NCBI GenBank assembly: GCA_050174015.1
Contig: JBFXKG010000004.1
Location: forward strand, 64,001 to 128,000
From: Candidatus Krumholzibacteriia bacterium
GTDB lineage: Bacteria > Krumholzibacteriota > Krumholzibacteriia > LZORAL124-64-63
DNA: 64,000 nt
Direction: 5' to 3'
Below are positions 62,432 through 64,000 of this stretch, in pieces. A program made the translations under genes and the position numbers. A model generated the notes under the pieces. That model did no database searches. It was not told where the DNA came from and worked only from the letters and a program-made list of their open reading frames with translations. Each line of letters starts with the position of its first letter. The stretch's first letter is position 1.

Positions 62432-64000
62432 TTGAACCCGCTTCAGCTCATCCCGTCACAGCTCCACGCCCGCTGGGCCCTGCTTCTTCTGATCATGCTG
62501 GCGATCCCCGGTCCGGTGGCCTTCGCAGGTGGCCAGGACGTCGCCGACGAGGTCTTCTACCACTACATGCCCATCTGCTGGCGCGACTCGGACAACGACG
62601 CCTACCGGTTCGGCGACTTCGGCGGCATGACCGCCGCCCTGCCCTACCTGACGGAACTGGGCGTGACCGCCATCTGGATGAACCCCGTGTTCCCATCCCC
62701 CGCCTACCACGGCTATCAGCACGGCCGCGCCGACCAGCTGAATCCCTGGTTCGGGACCGAGGCCGACTTCATCGCCTTCATCGAGGCCGCCCACGCCGCC
62801 GGCATCAAGGTCTTCGTGGACTTCGTGGCCTACGGGATCAGTCACGACTCGCCCTGGTACCAGGACGCCTACGGCCATCCCGGCAGTGTGTACGACGACT
62901 GGCTGGCCTTCACCAACCCGGCCAACACCGAGTCCTGGGGATCGACCTACAACACCTGGAACGGTGCGACGGTGGGGCACGTCTGGTGGGACCTGCGCGA
63001 CTCCGGCCCGGTCGGCTTGGTCACCCAGTGGGCGCAATACTGGTTGGATCCCGACGGCGACGGCGACTTCGGCGACGGGCTGGACGGCTACCGGCTGGAC
63101 CACGTCTGGAAGACCTATCCCAACGGGCCCGACGGCTGGGGCTACCACGTCGACACCTTCTGGGCCCCGTGGCGCGACGCTTTGCGCGCGGTGAACCCCG
63201 ACGTCTTCGTCTTCGCCGAGCAGGCCGACTGGGGCAGCCAGGGCGTCGAGCTGCTGGCCGGACTCGACGCCGCCTTCACCAAGCCCTTCGAGTTCGCCGC
63301 CCGCGACGCCCTGCGCTGGGAATTCGCATCCGCACTTTACGACGGGATGGCTGCAGCCACCGCCGCCCTGAACGGTTCGCCCCATCCCGGCACCCTGATG
63401 ACCACCATCGGCAACCACGACGTGGATCGCCTGGCCACCAGTATCGGGGACGATTTCGCCAGGGGGAAGGCCGCCGCCGCGGTGCTGCTGACCCAGCCCT
63501 TCACGCCGGTCATCTACCACGGGGACGAGTTCGGGATGCGCGGCGCCAAGAACACTTCCTACAGCGGGGACGCCGCCGACATCCCCATGCGCGAGCCCTT
63601 CAAGTGGAACGCCGTGGCCGGCCCGCCCATGAGCGACTACGACGTCTTGAACGCCGCGGCCTTCGCCGGGCGCATCGCCCAGGACAACGACGGCCGCAGC
63701 GTCGAGGAACAGTTGAACGTCCCCGGCAGCCTGCTCGAGGCCTACCGCGAGCTGATCGCGGTCCGCAAGGGCAACGTGGCCCTGCGGCGCGGCGGCTACC
63801 ACCCCGTGACCGCCGACGACGGCGGCGTCTGGGCCTTCGTCCGCGCCCATGACGACCAGCAGGCGCTGGTCGTGATCAACGTCACCGGCAACGCCCGCAG
63901 CTTCAGCCTGGACCTGGGCGGGTACGCCATCCCCGGCGGATCGACCCAGCCCGTCGACCTGCTGGGCGGTCCTGCGCCCGCGCAGTTGACCGACGCCAAC
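62432..64000 (+). CDS. Secreted alpha-amylase family (GH13) glycoside hydrolase, 3' truncated by the window
   Basis: Not in the ORF track (no stop in window). From TTG 62432: signal-like segment, GDFGGMTAALPYLTELGVTAIWMNPV, YHGY, DGYRLDH, FAEQ, GNHDVDR and IYHGDEFG. Confidence 0.9.
   Translation, partial: MNPLQLIPSQLHARWALLLLIMLAIPGPVAFAGGQDVADEVFYHYMPICWRDSDNDAYRFGDFGGMTAALPYLTELGVTAIWMNPVFPSPAYHGYQHGRADQLNPWFGTEADFIAFIEAAHAAGIKVFVDFVAYGISHDSPWYQDAYGHPGSVYDDWLAFTNPANTESWGSTYNTWNGATVGHVWWDLRDSGPVGLVTQWAQYWLDPDGDGDFGDGLDGYRLDHVWKTYPNGPDGWGYHVDTFWAPWRDALRAVNPDVFVFAEQADWGSQGVELLAGLDAAFTKPFEFAARDALRWEFASALYDGMAAATAALNGSPHPGTLMTTIGNHDVDRLATSIGDDFARGKAAAAVLLTQPFTPVIYHGDEFGMRGAKNTSYSGDAADIPMREPFKWNAVAGPPMSDYDVLNAAAFAGRIAQDNDGRSVEEQLNVPGSLLEAYRELIAVRKGNVALRRGGYHPVTADDGGVWAFVRAHDDQQALVVINVTGNARSFSLDLGGYAIPGGSTQPVDLLGGPAPAQLTDAN

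Overview
High-GC bacterial chromosomal window, mostly housekeeping and accessory metabolism. It holds clpB (partial); a polyphosphate cluster (ppk1, truncated sixA, pfk, CHAD protein); a DUF3857/transglutaminase pair with an amidase; two-component genes, including a receiver domain fused to an SLC13/DASS permease; a DtxR-feoAB iron/manganese uptake operon; an ECF sigma/HEAT-repeat locus; a TonB-ExbBD system; pepF; cheR/cheY; djlA-mutM; dsrC/tusE; the complete F0F1 ATP synthase operon; and two glycoside hydrolases. The most notable region is about 54.6-59.9 kb: metallophosphoesterase, a tiny or decayed ORF, a WYL regulator and a tandem-AAA ATPase. It carries four copies of a C(A/G)TTCC-N7-GGAACG palindrome, each exactly 9 nt upstream of a -10-like hexamer (a probable WYL regulon). 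Directly upstream of the AAA ATPase is a SAM-II-like riboswitch with its own sigma70 promoter and intrinsic terminator, in front of a gene unrelated to methionine metabolism. I infer a possible two-input stress or anti-phage module (SAM depletion or WYL ligand). No tRNA, rRNA, CRISPR array, integrase or transposase was recognised. All family assignments are from motif recognition by eye; no database searches were run.
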